In this document: positions 1 to 13,000 of the stretch, piece by piece | Layout of the letters: each line of letters begins with the position of its first letter | Position numbering within the stretch: the first letter of the stretch is position 1 | Notes under the pieces: model-generated | What the model was told of the DNA's origin: nothing | The model's database searches: none | The model's input: only the letters and a program-made list of their open reading frames with translations | Source: the human T2T-CHM13v2.0 reference genome, Homo sapiens | Assembly (NCBI RefSeq): GCF_009914755.1 | Contig: NC_060931.1 | DNA length: 64,000 bases | Strand: one strand, 5' to 3' | Made by a program: the position numbers and the translations under genes

Positions 1-229
1 AGATTTGAAACACTCTTTTTGCGGAATTTGCAAGTGGAGATTTCTAGCCATTTGATGCCAACAGTAGAAAGGGAAATATCTTCAAATAAAAACCAGACAG
101 AATCATTCTCAGAAAATTCTTTGTGATGTGTGCGTTCAACTCACATAGTTTAACCTTTCTTTTCATAGAGCAGTTTGGAAACACTCTGTTTGTAAAGTCT
201 GCAAGTGGATATATGGACCGCATTGAGGC

Positions 230-246
230 CTTCGTTGGAAACGGGA
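230..246 (+). promoter_or_regulatory. CENP-B box 1 (CTTCGTTGGAAACGGGA), repeated every 1022 bp (63 copies)
   Basis: Exact canonical 17-bp CENP-B box; no disrupted copy seen. Confidence 0.95.
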
Positions 247-398
247 TTTCTTCATTTCATGCTAGACAGAAGAATTCTCAGTAACTTCTTTGTGCTGTGT
301 GTATTCAACTCACAGAGTGGAACGTCCCTTTGCACAGAGCAGATTTGAAACACTCTTTTTGTGGAGTTTGCAAGTGGAGATTTCAAGCGATTTGATGC

Positions 399-415
399 CA
401 ACAGTAGAAAAGGAA
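399..415 (+). promoter_or_regulatory. Degenerate pJalpha (A-box) site of an A-type monomer; equivalents at rel 59-75 and 741-757
   Basis: CAACAGTAGAAAAGGAA lies at the position homologous to the CENP-B box and partly matches CTAYGGTGRAAAAGGAA. It is diverged, so protein binding is doubtful. Confidence 0.55.
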
Positions 416-569
416 ATATCTTCAAATAAAAACTAGACAGAATCATTCTCAGAAACTACTTTGTGATGTGTGCCTTCAACTCACAGAGTTTAACCTTTCT
501 TTTCTTAGAGCAGTTTAGAAACACTCTGCTTGTTATGTCTGCAAGTGGATATTTGGACCTCTTTGAGGC

Positions 570-586
570 CTTCGTTGCAAACGGGG
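570..586 (+). promoter_or_regulatory. CENP-B box 2, variant (CTTCGTTGCAAACGGGG), repeated every 1022 bp (63 copies)
   Basis: Retains all 9 core bases of NTTCGNNNNANNCGGGN; core disrupted in HORs 3, 7, 8, 16, 20, 24, 31 and 48. Confidence 0.9.
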
Positions 587-911
587 TTTCTTCCTTTCAT
601 GCTAGACTAAGAAGAGTTCTCAGTAACTTTTTTGTGTTGTGTGTATTCAACTCACAGAGTTGAACCTTGCTTTAGAGAGAGCAGATTTGAAACACTCTTG
701 CTGTGGCATTTTCAGGTGGAGATTTCAAGCGATTTGAGGACAATTGCAGAAAAGGAAATATCTTCGTATAATAACCAGACAGAATCATTCTCAGAAAGTG
801 CTTTGTGATGTGTGCGTTCAACTCACAGAGTTTAACCTTTCTTTTCATAGAGGAGTTTGGAAACACACTGTTTGTAAAGTCTGCAAGTGGATATATGGAC
901 CTGTTTGAGGC

Positions 912-928
912 CTTCGTTGGAAACGGGA
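912..928 (+). promoter_or_regulatory. CENP-B box 3 (CTTCGTTGGAAACGGGA), repeated every 1022 bp (62 copies)
   Basis: Exact canonical box; core disrupted in HOR20 (20334) and HOR22 (22376). Confidence 0.95.
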
Positions 929-1040
929 TTTCTTCATTGAATGCTAGACGGAAGAATTCTCAGTAAATTCTTTGTGTTGTGTGCATTCAACTCACAGAGT
1001 GGAACGTCCCTTTAGACAGAGCAGATTTGAAACACTCTTT

Positions 1041-4000
1041 CTGCGGAATTTGCAAGTGGAGATTTCTAGCCATTTGATGCCAACAGTAGAAAGGGAAATA
1101 TCTTCAAATAAAAACCAGACAGAATCATTCTCAGAAAATTCTTTGTGATGTGTGCGTTCAACTCACATAGTTTAACCTTTCTTTTCATAGAGCAGTTTGG
1201 AAACACTCTGTTTGTAAAGTCTGCAAGTGGATATATGGACCGCATTGAGGCCTTCGTTGGAAACGGGATTTCTTCATTTCATGCTAGACAGAAGAATTCT
1301 CAGTAACTTCTTTGTGCTGTGTGTATTCAACTCACAGAGTGGAACGTCCCTTTACACAGAGCAGATTTGAAACACTCTTTTTGTGGAGTTTGCAAGTGGA
1401 GATTTCAAGCGATTTGATGCCAACAGTAGAAAAGGAAATATCTTCAAATAAAAACTAGACAGAATCATTCTCAGAAACTACTTTGTGATGTGTGCCTTCA
1501 ACTCACAGAGTTTAACCTTTCTTTTCTTAGAGCAGTTTAGAAACACTCTGCTTGTTATGTCTGCAAGTGGATATTTGGACCTCTTTGAGGCCTTCGTTGC
1601 AAACGGGGTTTCTTCCTTTCATGCTAGACTAAGAAGAGTTCTCAGTAACTTTTTTGTGTTGTGTGTATTCAACTCACAGAGTTGAACCTTGCTTTAGAGA
1701 GAGCAGATTTGAAACACTCTTGCTGTGGCATTTTCAGGTGGAGATTTCAAGCGATTTGAGGACAATTGCAGAAAAGGAAATATCTTCGTATAATAACCAG
1801 ACAGAATCATTCTCAGAAAGTGCTTTGTGATGTGTGCGTTCAACTCACAGAGTTTAACCTTTCTTTTCATAGAGGAGTTTGGAAACACACTGTTTGTAAA
1901 GTCTGCAAGTGGATACATGGACCTGTTTGAGGCCTTCGTTGGAAACGGGATTTCTTCATTGAATGCTAGACGGAAGAATTCTCAGTAAATTCTTTGTGTT
2001 GTGTGCATTCAACTCACAGAGTGGAACGTCCCTTTAGACAGAGCAGATTTGAAACACTCTTTTTGCGGAATTTGCAAGTGGAGATTTCTAGCCATTTGAT
2101 GCCAACAGTAGAAAGGGAAATATCTTCAAATAAAAACCAGACAGAATCATTCTCAGAAAATTCTTTGTGATGTGTGCGTTCAACTCACATAGTTTAACCT
2201 TTCTTTTCATAGAGCAGTTTGGAAACACTCTGTTTGTAAAGTCTGCAAGTGGATATATGGACCGCATTGAGGCCTTCGTTGGAAACGGGATTTCTTCATT
2301 TCATGCTAGACAGAAGAATTCTCAGTAACTTCTTTGTGCTGTGTGTATTCAACTCACAGAGTGGAACGTCCCTTTGCACAGAGCAGATTTGAAACACTCT
2401 TTTTGTGGAGTTTGCAAGTGGAGATTTCAAGCGATTTGATGCCAACAGTAGAAAAGGAATTATCTTCAAATAAAAACTAGACAGAATCATTCTCAGAAAC
2501 TACTTTGTGATGTGTGCCTTCAACTCACAGAGTTTAACCTTTCTTTTCTTAGAGCAGTTTAGAAACACTCTGCTTGTTATGTCTGCAAGTGGATATTTGG
2601 ACCTCTTTGAGGCCTTCGTTGCAAACGCGGTTTCTTCCTTTCATGCTAGACTAAGAAGAGTTCTCAGTAACTTTTTTGTGTTGTGTGTATTCAACTCACA
2701 GAGTTGAACCCTGCTTTAGAGAGAGCAGATTTGAAACACTCTTGCTGTGGCATTTTCAGGTGGAGATTTCAAGCGATTTGAGGACAATTGCAGAAAAGGA
2801 AATATCTTCGTATAATAACCAGACAGAATCATTCTCAGAAAGTGCTTTGTGATGTGTGCGTTCAACTCACAGAGTTTAACCTTTCTTTTCATAGAGGAGT
2901 TTGGAAACACACTGTTTGTAAAGTCTGCAAGTGGATATATGGACCTGTTTGAGGCCTTCGTTGGAAACGGGATTTCTTCATTGAATGCTAGACGGAAGAA
3001 TTCTCAGTAAATTCTTTGTGTTGTGTGCATTCAACTCACAGAGTGGAACGTCCCTTTAGACAGAGCAGATTTGAAACACTCTTTTTGCGGAATTTGCAAG
3101 TGGAGATTTCTAGCCATTTGATGCCAACAGTAGAAAGGGAAATATCTTCAAATAAAAACCAGACAGAATCATTCTCAGAAAATTCTTTGTGATGTGTGCG
3201 TTCAACTCACATAGTTTAACCTTTCTTTTCATAGAGCAGTTTGGAAACACTCTGTTTGTAAAGTCTGCAAGTGGATATATGGACCGCATTGAGGCCTTCG
3301 TTGGAAACGGGATTTCTTCATTTCATGCTAGACAGAAGAATTCTCAGTAACTTCTTTGTGCTGTGTGTATTCAACTCACAGAGTGGAACGTCCCTTTGCA
3401 CAGAGCAGATTTGAAACACTCTTTTTGTGGAGTTTGCAAGTGGAGATTTCAAGCGATTTGATGCCAACAGTAGAAAAGGAAATATCTTCAAATAAAAACT
3501 AGACAGAATCATTCTCAGAAACTACTTTGTGATGTGTGCCTTCAACTCACAGAGTTTAACCTTTCTTTTCTTAGAGCAGTTTAGAAACACTCTGCTTGTT
3601 ATGTCTGCAAGTGGATATTTGGACCTCTTTGAGGCCTTCGTTGCAAACGGGGTTTCTTCCTTTCATGCTAGACTAAGAAGAGTTCTCAGTAACTTTTTTG
3701 TGTTGTGTGTATTCAACTCACAGAGTTGAACCTTGCTTTAGAGAGAGCAGATTTGAAACACTCTTGCTGTGGCATTTTCAGGTGGAGATTTCAAGCGATT
3801 TGAGGACAATTGCAGAAAAGGAAATATCTTCGTATAATAACCAGACAGAATCATTCTCAGAAAGTGCTTTGTGATGTGTGCGTTCAACTCACAGAGTTTA
3901 ACCTTTCTTTTCATAGAGGAGTTTGGAAACACACTGTTTGTAAAGTCTGCAAGTGGATACATGGACCTGTTTGAGGCCTTCGTTGGAAACGGGATTTCTT

Positions 4001-7000
4001 CATTGAATGGTAGACGGAAGAATTCTCAGTAAATTCTTTGTGTTGTGTGCATTCCACTCACAGAGTGGAACGTCCCTTTAGACAGAGCAGATTTGAAACA
4101 CTCTTTTTGCGGAATTTGCAAGTGGAGATTTCTAGCCATTTGATGCCAACAGTAGAAAGGGAAATATATTCAAATAAAAACCAGACAGAATCATTCTCAG
4201 AAAATTCTTTGTGATGTGTGCGTTCAACTCACATAGTTTAACCTTTCTTTTCATAGAGCAGTTTGGAAACACTCTGTTTGTAAAGTCTGCAAGTGGATAT
4301 ATGGACCGCATTGAGGCCTTCGTTGGAAACGGGATTTCTTCATTTCATGCTAGACAGAAGAATTCTCAGTAACTTCTTTGTGCTGTGTGTATTCAACTCA
4401 CAGAGTGGAACGTCCCTTTGCACAGAGCAGATTTGAAACACTCTTTTTGTGGAGTTTGCAAGTGGAGATTTCAAGCGATTTGATGCCAACAGTAGAAAAG
4501 GAAATATCTTCAAATAAAAACTAGACAGAATCATTCTCAGAAACTACTTTGTGATGTGTGCCTTCAACTCACAGAGTTTAACCTTTCTTTTCTTAGAGCA
4601 GTTTAGAAACACTCTGCTTGTTATGTCTGCAAGTGGATATTTGGACCTCTTTGAGGCCTTCGTTGCAAACGGGGTTTCTTCCTTTCATGCTAGACTAAGA
4701 AGAGTTCTCAGTAACTTTTTTGTGTTGTGTGTATTCAACTCACAGAGTTGAACCTTGCTTTAGAGAGAGCAGATTTGAAACACTCTTGCTGTGGCATTTT
4801 CAGGTGGAGATTTCAAGCGATTTGAGGACAATTGCAGAAAAGGAAATATCTTCGTATAATAACCAGACAGAATCATTCTCAGAAAGTGCTTTGTGATGTG
4901 TGCGTTCAACTCACAGAGTTTAACCTTTCTTTTCATAGAGGAGTTTGGAAACACACTGTTTGTAAAGTCTGCAAGTGGATATATGGACCTGTTTGAGGCC
5001 TTCGTTGGAAACGGGATTTCTTCATTGAATGCTAGACGGAAGAATTCTCAGTAAATTCTTTGTGTTGTGTGCATTCAACTCACAGAGTGGAACGTCCCTT
5101 TAGACAGAGCAGATTTGAAACACTCTTTTTGCGGAATTTGCAAGTGGAGATTTCTAGCCATTTGATGCCAACAGTAGAAAGGGAAATATCTTCAAATAAA
5201 AACCAGACAGAATCATTCTCAGAAAATTCTTTGTGATGTGTGCGTTCAACTCACATAGTTTAACCTTTCTTTTCATAGAGCAGTTTGGAAACACTCTGTT
5301 TGTAAAGTCTGCAAGTGGATATATGGACCGCATTGAGGCCTTCGTTGGAAACGGGATTTCTTCATTTCATGCTAGACAGAAGAATTCTCAGTAACTTCTT
5401 TGTGCTGTGTTTATTCAACTCACAGAGTGGAACGTCCCTTTGCACAGAGCAGATTTGAAACACTCTTTTTGTGGAGTTTGCAAGTGGAGATTTCAAGCGA
5501 TTTGATGCCAACAGTAGAAAAGGAAATATCTTCAAATAAAAACTAGACAGAATCATTCTCAGAAACTACTTTGTGATGTGTGCCTTCAACTCACAGAGTT
5601 TAACCTTTCTTTTCTTAGAGCAGTTTAGAAACACTCTGCTTGTTATGTCTGCAAGTGGATATTTGGACCTCTTTGAGGCCTTCGTTGCAAACGGGGTTTC
5701 TTCCTTTCATGCTAGACTAAGAAGAGTTCTCAGTAACTTTTTTGTGTTGTGTGTATTCAACTCACAGAGTTGAACCTTGCTTTAGAGAGAGCAGATTTGA
5801 AACACTCTTGCTGTGGCATTTTCAGGTGGAGATTTCAAGCGATTTGAGGACAATTGCAGAAAAGGAAATATCTTCGTATAATAACCAGACAGAATCATTC
5901 TCAGAAAGTGCTTTGTGATGTGTGCGTTCAACTCACAGAGTTTAACCTTTCTTTTCATAGAGGAGTTTGGAAACACACTGTTTGTAAAGTCTGCAAGTGG
6001 ATATATGGACCTGTTTGAGGCCTTCGTTGGAAACGGGATTTCTTCATTGAATGCTAGACGGAAGAATTCTCAGTAAATTCTTTGTGTTGTGTGCATTCAA
6101 CTCACAGAGTGGAACGTCCCTTTAGACAGAGCAGATTTGAAACACTCTTTTTGCGGAATTTGCAAGTGGAGATTTCTAGCCATTTGATGCCAACAGTAGA
6201 AAGGGAAATATCTTCAAATAAAAACCAGACAGAATCATTCTCAGAAAATTCTTTGTGATGTGTGCGTTCAACTCACATAGTTTAACCTTTCTTTTCATAG
6301 AGCAGTTTGGAAACACTCTGTTTGTAAAGTCTGCAAGTGGATATATGGACCGCATTGAGGCCTTCGTTGGAAACGGGATTTCTTCATTTCATGCTAGACA
6401 GAAGAATTCTCAGTAACTTCTTTGTGCTGTGTGTATTCAACTCACAGAGTGGAACGTCCCTTTGCACAGAGCAGATTTGAAACACTCTTTTTGTGGAGTT
6501 TGCAAGTGGAGATTTCAAGCGATTTGATGCCAACAGTAGAAAAGGAAATATCTTCAAATAAAAACTAGACAGAATCATTCTCAGAAACTACTTTGTGATG
6601 TGTGCCTTCAACTCACAGAGTTTAACCTTTCTTTTCTTAGAGCAGTTTAGAAACACTCTGCTTGTTATGTCTGCAAGTGGATATTTGGACCTCTTTGAGG
6701 CCTTCGTTGCAAACGTGGTTTCTTCCTTTCATGCTAGACTAAGAAGAGTTCTCAGTAACTTTTTTGTGTTGTGTGTATTCAACTCACAGAGTTGAACCTT
6801 GCTTTAGAGAGAGCAGATTTGAAACACTCTTGCTGTGGCATTTTCAGGTGGAGATTTCAAGCGATTTGAGGACAATTGCAGAAAAGGAAATATCTTCGTA
6901 TAATAACCAGACAGAATCATTCTCAGAAAGTGCTTTGTGATGTGTGCGTTCAACTCACAGAGTTTAACCTTTCTTTTCATAGAGGAGTTTGGAAACACAC

Positions 7001-10000
7001 TGTTTGTAAAGTCTGCAAGTGGATACATGGACCTGTTTGAGGCCTTCGTTGGAAACGGGATTTCTTCATTGAATGCTAGACGGAAGAATTCTCAGTAAAT
7101 TCTTTGTGTTGTGTGCATTCAACTCACAGAGTGGAACGTCCCTTTAGACAGAGCAGATTTGAAACACTCTTTTTGCGGAATTTGCAAGTGGAGATTTCTA
7201 GCCATTTGATGCCAACAGTAGAAAGGGAAATATCTTCAAATAAAAACCAGACAGAATCATTCTCAGAAAATTCTTTGTGATGTGTGCGTTCAACTCACAT
7301 AGTTTAACCTTTCTTTTCATAGAGCAGTTTGGAAACACTCTGTTTGTAAAGTCTGCAAGTGGATATATGGACCGCATTGAGGCCTTCGTTGGAAACGGGA
7401 TTTCTTCATTTCATGCTAGACAGAAGAATTCTCAGTAACTTCTTTGTGCTGTGTGTATTCAACTCACAGAGTGGAACGTCCCTTTGCACACAGCAGATTT
7501 GAAACACTCTTTTTGTGGAGTTTGCAAGTGGAGATTTCAAGCGATTTGATGCCAACAGTAGAAAAGGAAATATCTTCAAATAAAAACTAGACAGAATCAT
7601 TCTCAGAAACTACTTTGTGATGTGTGCCTTCAACTCACAGAGTTTAACCTTTCTTTTCTTAGAGCAGTTTAGAAACACTCTGCTTGTTATGTCTGCAAGT
7701 GGATATTTGGACCTCTTTGAGGCCTTTGTTGCAAACGGGGTTTCTTCCTTTCATGCTAGACTAAGAAGAGTTCTCAGTAACTTTTTTGTGTTGTGTGTAT
7801 TCAACTCACAGAGTTGAACCTTGCTTTAGAGAGAGCAGATTTGAAACACTCTTGCTGTGGCATTTTCAGGTGGAGATTTCAAGCGATTTGAGGACAATTG
7901 CAGAAAAGGAAATATCTTCGTATAATAACCAGACAGAATCATTCTCAGAAAGTGCTTTGTGATGTGTGCGTTCAACTCACAGAGTTTAACCTTTCTTTTC
8001 ATAGAGGAGTTTGGAAACACACTGTTTGTAAAGTCTGCAAGTGGATATATGGACCTGTTTGAGGCCTTCGTTGGAAACGGGATTTCTTCATTGAATGCTA
8101 GACGGAAGAATTCTCAGTAAATTCTTTGTGTTGTGTGCATTCAACTCACAGAGTGGAACGTCCCTTTAGACAGAGCAGATTTGAAACACTCTTTCTGCGG
8201 AATTTGCAAGTGGAGATTTCTAGCCATTTGATGCCAACAGTAGAAAGGGAAATATCTTCAAATAAAAACCAGACAGAATCATTCTCAGAAAATTCTTTGT
8301 GATGTGTGCGTTCAACTCACATAGTTTAACCTTTCTTTTCATAGAGCAGTTTGGAAACACTCTGTTTGTAAAGTCTGCAAGTGGATATATGGACCGCATT
8401 GAGGCCTTCGTTGGAAACGGGATTTCTTCATTTCATGCTAGACAGAAGAATTCTCAGTAACTTCTTTGTGCTGTGTGTATTCAACTCACAGAGTGGAACG
8501 TCCCTTTGCACAGAGCAGATTTGAAACACTCTTTTTGTGGAGTTTGCAAGTGGAGATTTCAAGCGATTTGATGCCAACAGTAGAAAAGGAAATATCTTCA
8601 AATAAAAACTAGACAGAATCATTCTCAGAAACTACTTTGTGATGTGTGCCTTCAACTCACAGAGTTTAACCTTTCTTTTCTTAGAGCAGTTTAGAAACAC
8701 TCTGCTTGTTATGTCTGCAAGTGGATATTTGGACCTCTTTGAGGCCTTCGTTGCAAACGGGGTTTCTTCCTTTCATGCTAGACTAAGAAGAGTTCTCAGT
8801 AACTTTTTTGTGTTGTGTGTATTCAACTCACAGAGTTGAACCTTGCTTTAGAGAGAGCAGATTTGAAACACTCTTGCTGTGGCATTTTCAGGTGGAGATT
8901 TCAAGCGATTTGAGGACAATTGCAGAAAAGGAAATATCTTCGTATAATAACCAGACAGAATCATTCTCAGAAAGTGCTTTGTGATGTGTGCGTTCAACTC
9001 ACAGAGTTTAACCTTTCTTTTCATAGAGGAGTTTGGAAACACACTGTTTGTAAAGTCTGCAAGTGGATATATGGACCTGTTTGAGGCCTTCGTTGGAAAC
9101 GGGATTTCTTCATTGAATGCTAGACGGAAGAATTCTCAGTAAATTCTTTGTGTTGTGTGCATTCAACTCACAGAGTGGAACGTCCCTTTAGACAGAGCAG
9201 ATTTGAAACACTCTTTCTGCGGAATTTGCAAGTGGAGATTTCTAGCCATTTGATGCCAACAGTAGAAAGGGAAATATCTTCAAATAAAAACCAGACAGAA
9301 TCATTCTCAGAAAATTCTTTGTGATGTGTGCGTTCAACTCACATAGTTTAACCTTTCTTTTCATAGAGCAGTTTGGAAACACTCTGTTTGTAAAGTCTGC
9401 AAGTGGATATATGGACCGCATTGAGGCCTTCGTTGGAAACGGGATTTCTTCATTTCATGCTAGACAGAAGAATTCTCAGTAACTTCTTTGTGCTGTGTGT
9501 ATTCAACTCACAGAGTGGAACGTCCCTTTACACAGAGCAGATTTGAAACACTCTTTTTGTGGAGTTTGCAAGTGGAGATTTCAAGCGATTTGATGCCAAC
9601 AGTAGAAAAGGAAATATCTTCAAATAAAAACTAGACAGAATCATTCTCAGAAACTACTTTGTGATGTGTGCCTTCAACTCACAGAGTTTAACCTTTCTTT
9701 TCTTAGAGCAGTTTAGAAACACTCTGCTTGTTATGTCTGCAAGTGGATATTTGGACCTCTTTGAGGCCTTCGTTGCAAACGGGGTTTCTTCCTTTCATGC
9801 TAGACTAAGAAGAGTTCTCAGTAACTTTTTTGTGTTGTGTGTATTCAACTCACAGAGTTGAACCTTGCTTTAGAGAGAGCAGATTTGAAACACTCTTGCT
9901 GTGGCATTTTCAGGTGGAGATTTCAAGCGATTTGAGGACAATTGCAGAAAAGGAAATATCTTCGTATAATAACCAGACAGAATCATTCTCAGAAAGTGCT

Positions 10001-13000
10001 TTGTGATGTGTGCGTTCAACTCACAGAGTTTAACCTTTCTTTTCATAGAGGAGTTTGGAAACACACTGTTTGTAAAGTCTGCAAGTGGATACATGGACCT
10101 GTTTGAGGCCTTCGTTGGAAACGGGATTTCTTCATTGAATGCTAGACGGAAGAATTCTCAGTAAATTCTTTGTGTTGTGTGCATTCAACTCACAGAGTGG
10201 AACGTCCCTTTAGACAGAGCAGATTTGAAACACTCTTTTTGCGGAATTTGCAAGTGGAGATTTCTAGCCATTTGATGCCAACAGTAGAAAGGGAAATATC
10301 TTCAAATAAAAACCAGACAGAATCATTCTCAGAAAATTCTTTGTGATGTGTGCGTTCAACTCACATAGTTTAACCTTTCTTTTCATAGAGCAGTTTGGAA
10401 ACACTCTGTTTGTAAAGTCTGCAAGTGGATATATGGACCGCATTGAGGCCTTCGTTGGAAACGGGATTTCTTCATTTCATGCTAGACAGAAGAATTCTCA
10501 GTAACTTCTTTGTGCTGTGTGTATTCAACTCACAGAGTGGAACGTCCCTTTGCACAGAGCAGATTTGAAACACTCTTTTTGTGGAGTTTGCAAGTGGAGA
10601 TTTCAAGCGATTTGATGCCAACAGTAGAAAAGGAATTATCTTCAAATAAAAACTAGACAGAATCATTCTCAGAAACTACTTTGTGATGTGTGCCTTCAAC
10701 TCACAGAGTTTAACCTTTCTTTTCTTAGAGCAGTTTAGAAACACTCTGCTTGTTATGTCTGCAAGTGGATATTTGGACCTCTTTGAGGCCTTCGTTGCAA
10801 ACGGGGTTTCTTCCTTTCATGCTAGACTAAGAAGAGTTCTCAGTAACTTTTTTGTGTTGTGTGTATTCAACTCACAGAGTTGAACCCTGCTTTAGAGAGA
10901 GCAGATTTGAAACACTCTTGCTGTGGCATTTTCAGGTGGAGATTTCAAGCGATTTGAGGACAATTGCAGAAAAGGAAATATCTTCGTATAATAACCAGAC
11001 AGAATCATTCTCAGAAAGTGCTTTGTGATGTGTGCGTTCAACTCACAGAGTTTAACCTTTCTTTTCATAGAGGAGTTTGGAAACACACTGTTTGTAAAGT
11101 CTGCAAGTGGATATATGGACCTGTTTGAGGCCTTCGTTGGAAACGGGATTTCTTCATTGAATGCTAGACGGAAGAATTCTCAGTAAATTTTTTGTGTTGT
11201 GTGCATTCAACTCACAGAGTGGAACGTCCCTTTAGACAGAGCAGATTTGAAACACTCTTTTTGCGGAATTTGCAAGTGGAGATTTCTAGCCATTTGATGC
11301 CAACAGTAGAAAGGGAAATATCTTCAAATAAAAACCAGACAGAATCATTCTCAGAAAATTCTTTGTGATGTGTGCGTTCAACTCACATAGTTTAACCTTT
11401 CTTTTCATAGAGCAGTTTGGAAACACTCTGTTTGTAAAGTCTGCAAGTGGATATATGGACCGCATTGAGGCCTTCGTTGGAAACGGGATTTCTTCATTTC
11501 ATGCTAGACAGAAGAATTCTCAGTAACTTCTTTGTGCTGTGTGTATTCAACTCACAGAGTGGAACGTCCCTTTGCACAGAGCAGATTTGAAACACTCTTT
11601 TTGTGGAGTTTGCAAGTGGAGATTTCAAGCGATTTGATGCCAACAGTAGAAAAGGAAATATCTTCAAATAAAAACTAGACAGAATCATTCTCAGAAACTA
11701 CTTTGTGATGTGTGCCTTCAACTCACAGAGTTTAACCTTTCTTTTCTTAGAGCAGTTTAGAAACACTCTGCTTGTTATGTCTGCAAGTGGATATTTGGAC
11801 CTCTTTGAGGCCTTCGTTGCAAACGGGGTTTCTTCCTTTCATGCTAGACTAAGAAGAGTTCTCAGTAACTTTTTTGTGTTGTGTGTATTCAACTCACAGA
11901 GTTGAACCTTGCTTTAGAGAGAGCAGATTTGAAACACTCTTGCTGTGGCATTTTCAGGTGGAGATTTCAAGCGATTTGAGGACAATTGCAGAAAAGGAAA
12001 TATCTTCGTATAATAACCAGACAGAATCATTCTCAGAAAGTGCTTTGTGATGTGTGCGTTCAACTCACAGAGTTTAACCTTTCTTTTCATAGAGGAGTTT
12101 GGAAACACACTGTTTGTAAAGTCTGCAAGTGGATACATGGACCTGTTTGAGGCCTTCGTTGGAAACGGGATTTCTTCATTGAATGGTAGACGGAAGAATT
12201 CTCAGTAAATTCTTTGTGTTGTGTGCATTCCACTCACAGAGTGGAACGTCCCTTTAGACAGAGCAGATTTGAAACACTCTTTTTGCGGAATTTGCAAGTG
12301 GAGATTTCTAGCCATTTGATGCCAACAGTAGAAAGGGAAATATCTTCAAATAAAAACCAGACAGAATCATTCTCAGAAAATTCTTTGTGATGTGTGCGTT
12401 CAACTCACATAGTTTAACCTTTCTTTTCATAGAGCAGTTTGGAAACACTCTGTTTGTAAAGTCTGCAAGTGGATATATGGACCGCATTGAGGCCTTCGTT
12501 GGAAACGGGATTTCTTCATTTCATGCTAGACAGAAGAATTCTCAGTAACTTCTTTGTGCTGTGTGTATTCAACTCACAGAGTGGAACGTCCCTTTGCACA
12601 GAGCAGATTTGAAACACTCTTTTTGTGGAGTTTGCAAGTGGAGATTTCAAGCGATTTGATGCCAACAGTAGAAAAGGAAATATCTTCAAATAAAAACTAG
12701 ACAGAATCATTCTCAGAAACTACTTTGTGATGTGTGCCTTCAACTCACAGAGTTTAACCTTTCTTTTCTTAGAGCAGTTTAGAAACACTCTGCTTGTTAT
12801 GTCTGCAAGTGGATATTTGGACCTCTTTGAGGCCTTCGTTGCAAACGGGGTTTCTTCCTTTCATGCTAGACTAAGAAGAGTTCTCAGTAACTTTTTTGTG
12901 TTGTGTGTATTCAACTCACAGAGTTGAACCCTGCTTTAGAGAGAGCAGATTTGAAACACTCTTGCTGTGGCATTTTCAGGTGGAGATTTCAAGCGATTTG

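Larger units (their letters stand above)
104..1125 (+). repeat. One complete HOR unit. Monomers: 104-272 (B, 169 bp), 273-443 (A, 171), 444-614 (B, 171), 615-785 (A, 171), 786-954 (B, 169), 955-1125 (A, 171)
   Basis: Monomer starts read at the (C/A)(A/G)TTCTCAG motif at 104, 273, 444, 615, 786, 955 and 1126; lengths sum to 1022. Confidence 0.93.

Noticed and set aside
100-114. Short dyads GAATCATTC and TTCTCAGAA (STAT GAS-like TTCN3GAA) at monomer junctions
   Set aside because: Generic alpha-satellite consensus features with 4-bp arms; no evidence of function from sequence alone.
767-772. TATAAT (-10/TATA-like) once per HOR, and AATAAA poly(A)-like signals at rel 85 and 425
   Set aside because: Expected by chance in AT-rich satellite; no associated gene structure.
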